Shown: positions 1 to 9,068, counted from the stretch's first letter. The stretch: DNA of 64,000 nt from Acidimicrobiaceae bacterium (GCA_003138815.1 PLHD01000021.1:49316-113315); one strand, 5' to 3'. Numbers and translations: made by a program. The notes: generated from the letters alone by a model not told the origin.

Positions 1-32
1 ATGCCTCCGACTGACTCAACTAGTTTTGTGGC

Positions 33-1256
33 ATGGCACTGATCGTTCAAAAGTTCGGTGGGACATCGGTGGGCAACGCCGAACGCATTCGCGACGTCGC
101 GGAACACGTGGGGAGGACCCGCGAAGCCGGCAATGACGTCGTCGTCGTCGTTTCGGCGATGGGCAAGTTCACCGACGACCTGATCCGCATGGCTGACGAG
201 GTCTCTCCGACGCGGCCGCCTCGCGAACTGGACATGCTGCTGACCGCGGGCGAGCGAATATCCATGGCGCTGGTCTGCATGGCACTGTCCGCACGCGGCG
301 TCGAGTCGGCATCGTTCACTGGCTCCCAGGCCGGGATCATCACCGATACTGACCACACGCGCGCCAAGATCCTTGAGATACGCCCGGACCGCATTCGAGA
401 GGCGATCGACGCCGGGCTCGTGCCCGTCGTGGCCGGCTTCCAGGGAGTCTCGACCGAGAAGGACATCACCACCCTGGGCCGTGGGGGCTCGGACGTGACG
501 GCGGTGGCGCTGGCGGCCGCGCTCAAGGCCGACGTCTGCGAGATCTACACCGACGTCAAGGGCGTCTATTCCGCGGATCCTCGTGTCGTGCCCAAGGCCC
601 GGCAACTCGCCGTGGTCTCCTTTGACGAGATGATGGAGATGGCCGCCACCGGCAGTCGGGTCCTGATGCTTCGTTCCGTCGAGTTCGCGCGCCGCCACGG
701 AGTGCCACTGCACGTTCGATCAAGTTTCACCTGGGAACCAGGAACCTGGATTGTGGAGGAGGACCCCACCATGGAGCAAGCCGTCGTACTGGCCATCACT
801 GATGACGCGTCGGAGGCGAAGATCACGGTCGGTGGCGTGCCCGACCGGCCCGGCGTCGCCGCACAGCTCTTCCGCGAGCTGGCCGATCGTGGCATCAACG
901 TCGACATGATCGTCCAGAACACCGGAACCAACGGGCTGACCGACATCTCGTTCACGGTCGCCATGACCGACCTTGACGTCGCTCGCGAAGCCTGCGACGA
1001 GGTGAAGGTGGAGATCGGCGCGGCCATGGTCACCACCGACGACAACATCGGCCGCGTCTCGGTCGTCGGCGCCGGCATGAAGTCGAGTCCCGGAGTGACC
1101 GCCCTGATGTTCGAGACGCTGTTCGAGAACGGCATCAACATCGAGATGATCTCGACGAGCTCCATCCGCATCTCGTGCGTGCTTCGTGCGGACCGGGTCG
1201 CCGACGCGGTGCGTCACCTCCACACCGCCTTCGGTCTCGATGCGGCCTCGTCCTAG
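33..1256 (+). CDS. lysC: aspartate kinase (alpha subunit)
   Basis: 407-aa ORF with N-terminal MALIVQKFGGTSVG kinase motif and C-terminal ACT-type repeats; followed by asd as in ask-asd operons. Confidence 0.95.
   Translation: MALIVQKFGGTSVGNAERIRDVAEHVGRTREAGNDVVVVVSAMGKFTDDLIRMADEVSPTRPPRELDMLLTAGERISMALVCMALSARGVESASFTGSQAGIITDTDHTRAKILEIRPDRIREAIDAGLVPVVAGFQGVSTEKDITTLGRGGSDVTAVALAAALKADVCEIYTDVKGVYSADPRVVPKARQLAVVSFDEMMEMAATGSRVLMLRSVEFARRHGVPLHVRSSFTWEPGTWIVEEDPTMEQAVVLAITDDASEAKITVGGVPDRPGVAAQLFRELADRGINVDMIVQNTGTNGLTDISFTVAMTDLDVAREACDEVKVEIGAAMVTTDDNIGRVSVVGAGMKSSPGVTALMFETLFENGINIEMISTSSIRISCVLRADRVADAVRHLHTAFGLDAASS
771..1256 (+). CDS. lysC: nested in-frame aspartokinase beta subunit (internal start)
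   Basis: In-frame ATG 771 preceded by GGAGGAGGA (755-763). Product MEQAVVLAITDDASEAKITV aligns with the start of the separately translated beta subunit known from Corynebacterium/Mycobacterium lysC. Confidence 0.5.
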   Translation: MEQAVVLAITDDASEAKITVGGVPDRPGVAAQLFRELADRGINVDMIVQNTGTNGLTDISFTVAMTDLDVAREACDEVKVEIGAAMVTTDDNIGRVSVVGAGMKSSPGVTALMFETLFENGINIEMISTSSIRISCVLRADRVADAVRHLHTAFGLDAASS

Positions 1257-1265
1257 ACTGAGCGC

Positions 1266-2291
1266 ATGCGAGTAGCAATTGTCGGGGCCACTGGCCAGGT
1301 AGGGACCGTGATGCGCGCGATCCTGCGCGAGAGGAACTTTCCCGTCGACGAGATCCGGTTCTTCGGCTCCGCCCGATCGGCCGGGACGTTCCTGGACTGG
1401 CAGGGCCAATCCGTCGAGGTCGAGGACGCCGCCACGGCGGACTTCCGCGGCATCGACATCGCTCTGGCCTCGTCGGGCGCGACGTCGTCCAGGACGCTCT
1501 CGCCGCGCCTCGCCGCCGCCGGGGCGATCGTTATCGACAACTCCTCGGCCTGGCGCATGGACCCCGACGTCCCGCTGGTGGTGGCGGAGGTCAATCCCCA
1601 CGCGCTTCGCTCGATCCCCAAGGGGATCGTCGCCAACCCCAACTGCACGACCATGGCCGCGATGCCGGTCCTGATGCCCCTCCACGCGGCGGCGGGGCTG
1701 CGAACCATGGTCGTGGCCACCTATCAAGCCGTGAGCGGTGCGGGCCGCGAAGGCGTCGACGAGCTCGCCACCCAGCTCGAGGCCTCGCTCGAGTTCAACG
1801 TGCGGGTCCTCACCTTCGACGGCGCGGCGATCGCGATGGCCGAGGGCGCCAAGTTTCCGGCGACCATTGCCCACAACGTGATTCCGATGGCCGGTTCCAT
1901 CGTCCCTGACGGCTCGCTCGAGACCGGCGAGGAGCAGAAGCTGCGCGACGAGAGCCGAAAGATCCTGGAGATCGGCGGCCTCCTGGTCGACGCGACGTGC
2001 GTGCGGGTTCCGGTGTTCACCGGCCACTCGTTGGCGATCACCGCAGGTTTTGAACGGCCCATCTCGCCCGACGAGGCGAAGGCGATCCTGGCGGCCGCTC
2101 CTGGAGTGGTGCTGCACGACATGCCGACGCCCCGCTTGGTCGCCGGCCAGGACCCGACCTACGTGGGACGGATTCGTCACGCCCAGACGGTTCCCAACGG
2201 GCTGTCGCTGTTCCTGAGCAGCGACAACCTGCGCAAGGGTGCGGCGCTCAACGCGGTCCAGATCGCCGAGGAGATCCTGAAGCTTCGCTAG
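1266..2291 (+). CDS. asd: aspartate-semialdehyde dehydrogenase
   Basis: 341-aa ORF, MRVAIVGATGQVG Rossmann N-terminus and NPNCTT active-site region; directly downstream of ask. Confidence 0.95.
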   Translation: MRVAIVGATGQVGTVMRAILRERNFPVDEIRFFGSARSAGTFLDWQGQSVEVEDAATADFRGIDIALASSGATSSRTLSPRLAAAGAIVIDNSSAWRMDPDVPLVVAEVNPHALRSIPKGIVANPNCTTMAAMPVLMPLHAAAGLRTMVVATYQAVSGAGREGVDELATQLEASLEFNVRVLTFDGAAIAMAEGAKFPATIAHNVIPMAGSIVPDGSLETGEEQKLRDESRKILEIGGLLVDATCVRVPVFTGHSLAITAGFERPISPDEAKAILAAAPGVVLHDMPTPRLVAGQDPTYVGRIRHAQTVPNGLSLFLSSDNLRKGAALNAVQIAEEILKLR

Positions 2292-2956
2292 TCGGCGCCG
2301 TCCAGACCGACCTGGCGTCGAGCCAAGTTGACGCAGTGGTCGCCGAAGCGCTCGTAGAAGCGGGCGAGCAGCGCCAACTCCACGGCCACCGGCAGCGCCA
2401 TCGAACCCGAGGTCAGCTCGGCGGTGAGCGACACGTGCAGATCATCGAGCTCGTCATCGATGTCCTCGATCGCGCCGATCATCTCGAGCTTGCCGTCGAT
2501 GATGATGTCCGTCGCTTCGCGCCAGATCATCGTCGCCACTTCTCCCATCCGCTCGACGAGGCCGCGGCTGCGGGGCGACATCTCGCTGCCGAGCCCGCGC
2601 GCCGCCCGACGCGCCACGTGCTCGGCCAGGTCGCCGTTGCGCTCGACTTCCGGCAGTATCCGCAGCAACGTCAGCAGCGTGCGGCGCGACTCCGGGTTGG
2701 GCGATGGTTCGTGGAGCAACTGCAGCTCGGCCTTGGCCACCATGGCGTTGACGAGGTTGTCGATGGTGACGTCCTGCTCGACGATTCGCTTCGCCAGCTC
2801 CCGGTCGTTGGCGAGCAGCGCGTGGGTCGCTCCGGCGATGGCCTCACCCACGAGGGCGAAGACCTGGACGATCTCCTGGTGAAGTTCGGGGAGGACGTCG
2901 GCTTCGGGGGTTTCCTGGTCTACGGTCTCGTTGTTGGAGGCGAAAAAGCGGAACAT
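2288..2956 (-). CDS. phoU: PhoU-family phosphate signalling regulator (orphan, no pst genes nearby)
   Basis: 222-aa ORF with two PhoU repeats (VEQDVTIDNLVN; IEDIDDELDDL; ERFGDHCVNLARR). Confidence 0.85.
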   Translation of the reverse strand: MFRFFASNNETVDQETPEADVLPELHQEIVQVFALVGEAIAGATHALLANDRELAKRIVEQDVTIDNLVNAMVAKAELQLLHEPSPNPESRRTLLTLLRILPEVERNGDLAEHVARRAARGLGSEMSPRSRGLVERMGEVATMIWREATDIIIDGKLEMIGAIEDIDDELDDLHVSLTAELTSGSMALPVAVELALLARFYERFGDHCVNLARRQVGLDGAD

Positions 2957-2962
2957 GGCGAA

Positions 2963-2968
2963 AGGCTA
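2963..2968 (-). promoter_or_regulatory. candidate -10 hexamer TAGCCT for a leaderless phoU mRNA
   Basis: Minus strand reads TAGCCT-ttcgcc-ATG: a TANNNT hexamer exactly 6 nt before the start codon, with no Shine-Dalgarno. Confidence 0.3.
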
Positions 2969-3025
2969 CTGCCGTGTCGCAGGCCTTCTCTAGGGTGTGA
3001 ACTAACTAACTGAGGGAGAAGACCA

Positions 3026-4339
3026 ATGCTGGCAATCGTGTGCGGTGCTGCCGGGCTCATCCTCGGCACGGTGGCGACGTGGGCGTTGTCGCTGAAGCGC
3101 TCGCAGGCCCTGCGCGACAGCGCCACCCAGGCCAGGGCCGACCTGGCCGTGCGGGACTCGCAGCTGGACGCGGCCCACGAGACGCTCGCGCGCGAGCGCG
3201 CCGATCACGAGAGCTCGCTCGCGAACATGGAGCTGACGTTCGAGAGCATGTCCAACCGCGTGCTGGCCCAAACCGTCGAGCAGTTCAACCAGTCCCAGGA
3301 GCGGGTCCTGAAGGAGCGTGATTCGAAGCTCGATCTCACCCTCAAGCCCCTCGAAACCCTGCTGGATGAGTACAAGAAGAACCTTGCCGACTTCAACAAG
3401 GAGCACGCGGGCGCTCTCTACGACGTGAAGACCCGCGCCGGCGAACTGCTGGCGGCCCAGCAGAAGACCCACGACGAGACCCGCCGGCTCAATCAGCTGC
3501 TGGGGCGGGGCGACCAGCGCGGCCACTGGGGCGAAGTGCAGCTGGAGAACGTCATGGAGGCATCGGGGCTGCGCCGCAACATCGATTACGACCTGCAGGT
3601 CACGGGAGTGAACGACACCGGCAGATCCCTGCGGCCGGACTGCGTGGTGAAGATGCCCAACAACGCCAGCATCGCCATCGACGCGAAGTTCCCCTTCGAC
3701 GCGTTCGAGGCGGCCCAGGGCCTCGAGGATCCCGAACAGCGCCGAGCCAAGTACCTCGAGCACGCGGCGGCTCTGCGCAGCCACGTCAAGACCCTGAAGG
3801 AGAAGTCGTACTGGGAGGTCATCACCCCGGCGCCGGAGTTCGTGGTCTGCTTCGTGCCGAGTGACTTCGCGATAACGGCGGCCTTCGACGCCGACGCCGA
3901 GCTCCACTCCTACGCGGCCAAGGAGCGGGTCCTGATCGTCGGCCCCACCAATCTCCTGTCGCTCCTGTGGTCGGTCGCGATGGTGCTGCGCCAGCACGAC
4001 GCGACGCTGAACGCGGAGGAGATCCTCAAGATCGCCGAGACCATGGTCGAACGGATTCGTCTCGTGGCCGAGCCGATCGTGAAGATGGGCCGGTCCCTTG
4101 ATGACACGATCGACTCGTACAACAAGATGGTGAAGTCGGTGGAGGCGCGTCTCATCCCGGTCGCGCGCAGCATGCGCGGAATGGGAGGAGCCCAGAGGGC
4201 CAAGCCGGTGCCCGAGCTCGGGTCCCTTCACGAACCGATCAGCAGGCTCAACGAGGATCGCTGGGGTGTCGGACCGGAAAACGAGCTACCCGAGGGAGCG
4301 TCGGAGATACTCGATCTCGAGGCGTTGGAGGAAGAGTAG
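3026..4339 (+). CDS. rmuC: DNA recombination protein RmuC
   Basis: 437-aa ORF with N-terminal TM/coiled coil; conserved RmuC core GHWGEVQLENVMEASGL and RPDCVVKMPNNASIAIDAKFP. Confidence 0.85.
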   Translation: MLAIVCGAAGLILGTVATWALSLKRSQALRDSATQARADLAVRDSQLDAAHETLARERADHESSLANMELTFESMSNRVLAQTVEQFNQSQERVLKERDSKLDLTLKPLETLLDEYKKNLADFNKEHAGALYDVKTRAGELLAAQQKTHDETRRLNQLLGRGDQRGHWGEVQLENVMEASGLRRNIDYDLQVTGVNDTGRSLRPDCVVKMPNNASIAIDAKFPFDAFEAAQGLEDPEQRRAKYLEHAAALRSHVKTLKEKSYWEVITPAPEFVVCFVPSDFAITAAFDADAELHSYAAKERVLIVGPTNLLSLLWSVAMVLRQHDATLNAEEILKIAETMVERIRLVAEPIVKMGRSLDDTIDSYNKMVKSVEARLIPVARSMRGMGGAQRAKPVPELGSLHEPISRLNEDRWGVGPENELPEGASEILDLEALEEE

Positions 4340-4396
4340 CGACGGGATTCTGCGGCCTGCGTGGTGAAATTCCCGGAGTGAGTAAGTTCTTACGAC

Positions 4397-5398
4397 GTGG
4401 CCCGCACTCGAGCTCAACGTCGCCGACACACGGTGTTCCTGACTGTCGCGTTGATCGTGACGCTGGTGCTGCTGCTCTTCGGACGCGACATCACCCGCTC
4501 GGCGCACGGGGCGATAAGCCCGCGGCGCAGCGAGGACCGCAGCTTCGGCCAGTTGGCGAATCTGCTGATTAGCCAGGAGAACGCCTTCGACGCACAGTGC
4601 ACGTCGCTGCTCACCAGCGGCCAGTCCCTGACCCGGCCGGTCTTCGCGGCGCAGCTCTCACAGTTGAGCGCGCAGCTGGCGCTGTGGACGGTAGAGGCCT
4701 CGCAGCTGCGCCGCCCGGTGCTGGCGCACAACGTCAACGACGTCGTTGCCCAGGTGACCGAGCAGAGGGTCGACGACTACCAATCGATCCTCGCGGCCGT
4801 CGCCCGGTCGCTCACGTTGCCGTGGACCGACCAGGCCCCGGCCGGTCTGGGCGCCGTCGCCGCGCAGGCGTCCCTGACGTCGACGAGCCGGCGCTGGGAC
4901 CGGGCCGACCGGTCGCTCGTGGGTGAACCCGGCCACGTGACACTGGCCGCCACGATGAACGGCACCGCACTGCTCGACCTCTCCTCGATCGTCCACTCGC
5001 TTCAGGAATCGCCGACCCTGGCCCTCGCACGGGGAGTGGGAATCACCGCGATATCGGTCTCGCCCGCTGCGTTGCCGGCGCCTCCGGGGGAGCTGCTGAT
5101 GCCGCCCTCGAGTTCGATCGACCTTGGCGTGTCGGTGTCCAACGCCAGTTACGTCGACCAGCCGGTGACCCTAATTGTGACTTTGGTCCCAACCAGCGGT
5201 CATGGTCCTAGCCAGAGCCAGAGCATGCAGACCGTGCTCGGCCCGCTCAAGTCGTTTGCGTTCGAGCCGAAGGCCTTGGCGACAATCGCCAGTGAAAAGG
5301 CGACGTTGCGAATCACGCTCAAGGGGGCGCCCGCGGCCGCGGCCCTGACTCGTGTTCGTACGTTCCGCGTCGTGATGTCGCCGTCGGGAAACGGTTAG
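4397..5398 (+). CDS. hypothetical membrane-anchored protein
   Basis: 333-aa ORF with GTG start. Arg-rich N-terminus plus one TM (FLTVALIVTLVLLLF), a helical Q/L/A-rich middle and a beta-rich C-terminal third. High GC3; no family recognised. Confidence 0.6.
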   Translation: MARTRAQRRRHTVFLTVALIVTLVLLLFGRDITRSAHGAISPRRSEDRSFGQLANLLISQENAFDAQCTSLLTSGQSLTRPVFAAQLSQLSAQLALWTVEASQLRRPVLAHNVNDVVAQVTEQRVDDYQSILAAVARSLTLPWTDQAPAGLGAVAAQASLTSTSRRWDRADRSLVGEPGHVTLAATMNGTALLDLSSIVHSLQESPTLALARGVGITAISVSPAALPAPPGELLMPPSSSIDLGVSVSNASYVDQPVTLIVTLVPTSGHGPSQSQSMQTVLGPLKSFAFEPKALATIASEKATLRITLKGAPAAAALTRVRTFRVVMSPSGNG

Positions 5399-5461
5399 GT
5401 CGTTTTGGCTACTGACGCGTTCGCCTACGATAGGAACGCCCCTACGTTGAAGTGAGGAACC

Positions 5462-6730
5462 GTGACGCAGTCAATTACCGTTACAGATAATCGCACCGGT
5501 GAGTCGAGAGAGATTCCCATCGAGCACGGTGGCATTGCCGCGAGCGAGTTCTCCAAGGTCGTTCCCGGCATCTGGTTCTACGACCCGGGATTCATGGCCA
5601 CGGCCGCGGCCGAATCCTCCATCACGTACCTCGACGGTGACGCCGGGATCCTGCGCTACGGCGGCTATCCGATCGAGCAGCTGGCCGAGAAGTCGACGTA
5701 CCTCGAGGTCGCGTACCTGCTGAACCACGGCGAGCTTCCGACCGCCGCGCAGTCCGAGGAGTGGAACCGCGAGATCACCTATCACACCTTCATCCACGAG
5801 AACGTTCGTAAGCGCTTCCTCGAGGGCTTCAACTACGACGCGCACCCGATGGGGATGCTGGTTTCGGCGGTCGCCGCGCTCTCGACGTACTACAAGGACG
5901 CCAAGGTCCTCGACGACCCCGAGATCCTGCACCGCCAGGTGGTTCGCCTGATCGCCAAGATGCCGACGCTCGCCGCCGCGGCGCACCGCTTCTCGGTCGG
6001 CATGCCGTTCGTGTACCCCGACAACACGCTGGGCTACACGCAGAACTTCCTGTCGATGATGTGGAAAGTCGCGGAGCCGCGCTACGAGCCGGACCCGATC
6101 CTGGCGCACGCGCTGGACGTGCTCTTCATCCTGCACGCGGACCACGAGCAGAACTGCGGCACGACCGCGATGCGAACCGTGGGTTCGGCGCACGGCGACC
6201 CCTACGTGGCGACCGCCGCCGCCGCCGCCGCGCTCTACGGCCCGCGCCACGGCGGCGCGAACGAGGCCGTGCTGAAGATGCTCGCCAAGATCGGCAGCAT
6301 CGAGAACGTCCCGGCGTTCATCGAGACGGTCAAGCAGGGCAAGACCAAGCTCGAGGGTTTCGGCCACCGCGTGTACAAGAACTTCGATCCCCGGGCCACC
6401 ATCATCAAGAAGACGGCTGACGAGGTCTTCACGGTGACCGGCAAGAACCCCCTGCTGGACATCGCCCTGAAGCTCGAGGAGATCGCGCTGAAGGACGAGT
6501 ACTTCATCTCTCGGCGCCTCTACCCGAACGTCGACTTCTACTCCGGGCTTATCTACCAGGCGATGGGATTCCCGATGGAGATGTTCACCGTGCTCTTCGC
6601 GATCCCGCGCACCTCGGGGTGGCTCGCCCACTTCCAGGAGCTGCTGGCCCAGGACATGAAGATCGCCCGACCCCGCCAGCTCTACATCGGTGCTGACGAG
6701 CGCGACTACGTGTCAATGGCCGAGCGCTAG
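5462..6730 (+). CDS. gltA: citrate synthase
   Basis: 422-aa ORF with GTG start after GAGGAA; motifs HADHEQNCGT, GPRHGGANE and GFGHRVYKNFDPRA. Confidence 0.95.
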   Translation: MTQSITVTDNRTGESREIPIEHGGIAASEFSKVVPGIWFYDPGFMATAAAESSITYLDGDAGILRYGGYPIEQLAEKSTYLEVAYLLNHGELPTAAQSEEWNREITYHTFIHENVRKRFLEGFNYDAHPMGMLVSAVAALSTYYKDAKVLDDPEILHRQVVRLIAKMPTLAAAAHRFSVGMPFVYPDNTLGYTQNFLSMMWKVAEPRYEPDPILAHALDVLFILHADHEQNCGTTAMRTVGSAHGDPYVATAAAAAALYGPRHGGANEAVLKMLAKIGSIENVPAFIETVKQGKTKLEGFGHRVYKNFDPRATIIKKTADEVFTVTGKNPLLDIALKLEEIALKDEYFISRRLYPNVDFYSGLIYQAMGFPMEMFTVLFAIPRTSGWLAHFQELLAQDMKIARPRQLYIGADERDYVSMAER

Positions 6731-7082
6731 GTGCCGGAGCGGGCGTTCTCCGCTTCGACCAGCTGGGCGGCGTGCTCGCGAGGGTGGCGCGTATAGATAT
6801 CGAGCCGGTCGGACACCGTGTAGCGCCCGGACTGCGAGTGCACCCGTAGCGTTCGAGGTCTCCGGGGACCAGGCGAGCCAGCCCGTCAGAGGTCGCCCGG
6901 CGCACCGCGGCGAAGACCTCGAGGGAGTTCTCGACCGGCAGTTCGCGGTATCCCAGTGCGTCGCACCGCGACCAGCCGCCCGGGACGTGACAGTCGAGGC
7001 ACTGCGCGCCCACCTGGCGGGCCTCGAAGAGGAAGTCCCGGGTCGCCGCGTCGTATTCGTCGATGACCCGCGCGAGGTCCAT
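6727..7082 (-). pseudogene. frameshifted small DinB/ClbS-like four-helix-bundle protein (or sequencing indel)
   Basis: The frame from ATG 7082 has high GC3 and protein-like text down to ..PGDLERYG, then turns into R/P/S junk that overlaps gltA by 146 nt. A different frame from about 6843 reads VHSQSGRYTVSDRLDIYTRHPREHAAQLVEAENARSGT with high GC3 and stops in the CTAG shared with gltA. The switch is near the ccc run at 6843-6845. Confidence 0.4.
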
Positions 7083-7091
7083 CCGCAGATT

Positions 7092-7961
7092 CTATGAACC
7101 GGCGGGCAGTTTCGCTGGATCGACCACGCGGGTGAGGCCCTCTTGGACCATGGAGACGCAGAGCTCGCCCGACCGGTTGAAGAGGAACCCCCGCGCGAGT
7201 CCCCGGCCTCCGTGGGCGATGGGCGAATCGGTGTCGAACAGCAGCCACTCGTCGGCGCGCAGGTCGCGGTGGAACCACATGCAGTGGTCCAGGCTCGCGC
7301 CCATGAAGGTCCCGTTGTCCCAACGGATCGAGTGCGGCGCGAGGATCGCGTCGAAGAGGCTCATGTCGCTCGCGTACGTCACGACGCACGCGTGCAGGAG
7401 CGGATCGTCCGGGAGGGCCCCGTCGGCCTTGATCCACATCCTCTGGCGGGGCTCGCGATCACGATTCGGGCTCCACGGCAGCTCGCCCAGGAAACGCTGG
7501 TCGATCGGATGCTCACGCCTGAACCACTCGTCGATGTCGCCGAACTCCGCCTGGACGCGAACGCTGAGAGTCTCGATCGTCTCGGGGCCCGGCACGTCGG
7601 GCATCGGGAACTGGTGCTCGATGCTGACCTCATCGGTGTGGAAGCTCGCCTGCATGTTGTAGATGGCTCGCCCGTGCTGGATCGCCACCACGCGCCGCGT
7701 GGTGAAGCTCCGTCCGTCTCGGATTCGGTCGACGTCGTAGAGAATCGGGATGCGAGGGTCGCCGGGGCGCAAGAAGTAGGAGTGCAGCGAATGGACCCGC
7801 CCCCTTTCGACGGTCCGGCCGGCGGCCATCAGGGCCTGGGCCGCCACCTGGCCGCCGAAGGTGCGCTGACGTTCCTCGACCGGGTGCTTTCCCCGGTAGG
7901 TATTGACCTCGATGGTCTCGAGGTCGAGCAGTTCGATGAGGGACTCTAGGGCTTCGGACAT
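7092..7961 (-). CDS. tesB: acyl-CoA thioesterase II
   Basis: 289-aa ORF with double hotdog; FGGQVAAQALMAAGRTV and DGRSFTTRRVVAIQHGRAIYNMQASFH. Confidence 0.9.
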   Translation of the reverse strand: MSEALESLIELLDLETIEVNTYRGKHPVEERQRTFGGQVAAQALMAAGRTVERGRVHSLHSYFLRPGDPRIPILYDVDRIRDGRSFTTRRVVAIQHGRAIYNMQASFHTDEVSIEHQFPMPDVPGPETIETLSVRVQAEFGDIDEWFRREHPIDQRFLGELPWSPNRDREPRQRMWIKADGALPDDPLLHACVVTYASDMSLFDAILAPHSIRWDNGTFMGASLDHCMWFHRDLRADEWLLFDTDSPIAHGGRGLARGFLFNRSGELCVSMVQEGLTRVVDPAKLPAGS

Positions 7962-8040
7962 CTGACCATTGTGGCACTCGCACCGGGGCAGCGATGCTCG
8001 ATGCTCTGGTTTTCAACGGCACTCGCGCGCGGTCGAAGGC

Positions 8041-8583
8041 GTGAGCATCGTGCGAAGTAGAGTTGTATTCGTGCCAAAGAACTTTCGCGAACTCGTCGCG
8101 TGGTCAAAGACCCACCAGGGCAAGAAGCTGATCCGCTTCACCTTGAGTTCGGTGGTCACGACGGGGGTCTCGCTTGTCGCCATCCTCGTGACCTACGGCT
8201 TCCACATAATCTCCGGCGTCATCGGCGCGACGCTCTTCGGAAACGTCCTGGCGATCTTTCCCTCGTACTACCTCAATCGCGTGTGGGCGTGGGGCAAGCG
8301 CGGCAAGAGCCACTTCCGCAAGGAGGTGGTGCCGTACTGGTCCATGGCATTCCTCGGCATCGCCTTCTCGCTGCTGGGCGCGTTGTGGGTCAAGCATCTG
8401 GTGCACACCCACGATTGGAGCCACCTCGTGAACACCGGTCTGGTGGCCGGCGTCAACCTGCTGTGCTTCGCGATCTTCTGGGTGCTCAAGATGCTGCTCT
8501 TCAACAAGATCTTCCACACCGACAAGTTGCACGACATCGAGATCCATCTCGAGCAGGAGGAGGGTCAGGGCAGCATCCGCTAG
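8041..8583 (+). CDS. GtrA-family membrane protein
   Basis: Four predicted TM helices and KLIRFTLSSVVTTGVSL typical of the GtrA family. Start uncertain (GTG 8041, 8050 or 8071; the track ORF starts at 7969). Confidence 0.7.
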   Translation: MSIVRSRVVFVPKNFRELVAWSKTHQGKKLIRFTLSSVVTTGVSLVAILVTYGFHIISGVIGATLFGNVLAIFPSYYLNRVWAWGKRGKSHFRKEVVPYWSMAFLGIAFSLLGALWVKHLVHTHDWSHLVNTGLVAGVNLLCFAIFWVLKMLLFNKIFHTDKLHDIEIHLEQEEGQGSIR

Positions 8584-9068
8584 TCGCGGAAGTTGGTGAA
8601 CTGCAGGGGCACCGGCACGTCGGCCTGCTTGAAGAAGGCAATGGCGGTCTGCAGGTCATCGCGCTGCTTGCCCGTGACTCGGACCTGGTCTCCCTGGATC
8701 GACGAACTCAGGTTCTTGACTCCGAGTTCCTTGACCATCTTGTTGATCTGCTTGCCGACCTCCTGGGAGATGCCGGCCTTCAGGGTCACCTTCTGACGCG
8801 CGGCGCCCTGGCTGGCCTCCTCGACCTTCCCCGGGTCGAGGGACTTCAAGGAGACCGAGCGCTTCACGAGCTTCTCCTCGAGGAGCTGGTAGAGCGCACG
8901 CAGGCGGTCCTCGGTCGACGCGCTGAGCTTGAGCTCCTTCTCGCTGAACTCGATCGTGGCGCCGGTGTTCTTGAAGTCGAATCGCGTGGACGCCTCGCGG
9001 TTGGCCTGGTCCACGGCATTGCGGACTTCCTGGAGGTCGATTTCGGAGACAACGTCGAAGCTGGGCAT
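8580..9068 (-). CDS. yajQ: YajQ-family nucleotide-binding protein (UPF0234)
   Basis: 162-aa product MPSFDVVSEIDLQEVRNAVDQANREASTRFDFK. The track ORF extends to 9344 only because no stop occurs; that extension runs antisense through tRNA-Tyr. Confidence 0.85.
   Translation of the reverse strand: MPSFDVVSEIDLQEVRNAVDQANREASTRFDFKNTGATIEFSEKELKLSASTEDRLRALYQLLEEKLVKRSVSLKSLDPGKVEEASQGAARQKVTLKAGISQEVGKQINKMVKELGVKNLSSSIQGDQVRVTGKQRDDLQTAIAFFKQADVPVPLQFTNFRD

Noticed and set aside
720-2180. 486-aa minus-strand ORF overlapping ask and asd
   Set aside because: It is antisense to two well-supported genes. Its composition is extremely Arg/Gly/Asp/His-rich and its third positions do not carry the GC3 signal. 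This is a typical stop-poor antisense frame of GC-rich DNA.
6585-7082. Uninterrupted 165-aa minus-strand ORF overlapping gltA by 146 nt
   Set aside because: The distal 70 residues are Arg/Pro/Ser-rich and lack coding signal. A frameshifted reading that ends at the CTAG shared with gltA fits better (see the pseudogene call).
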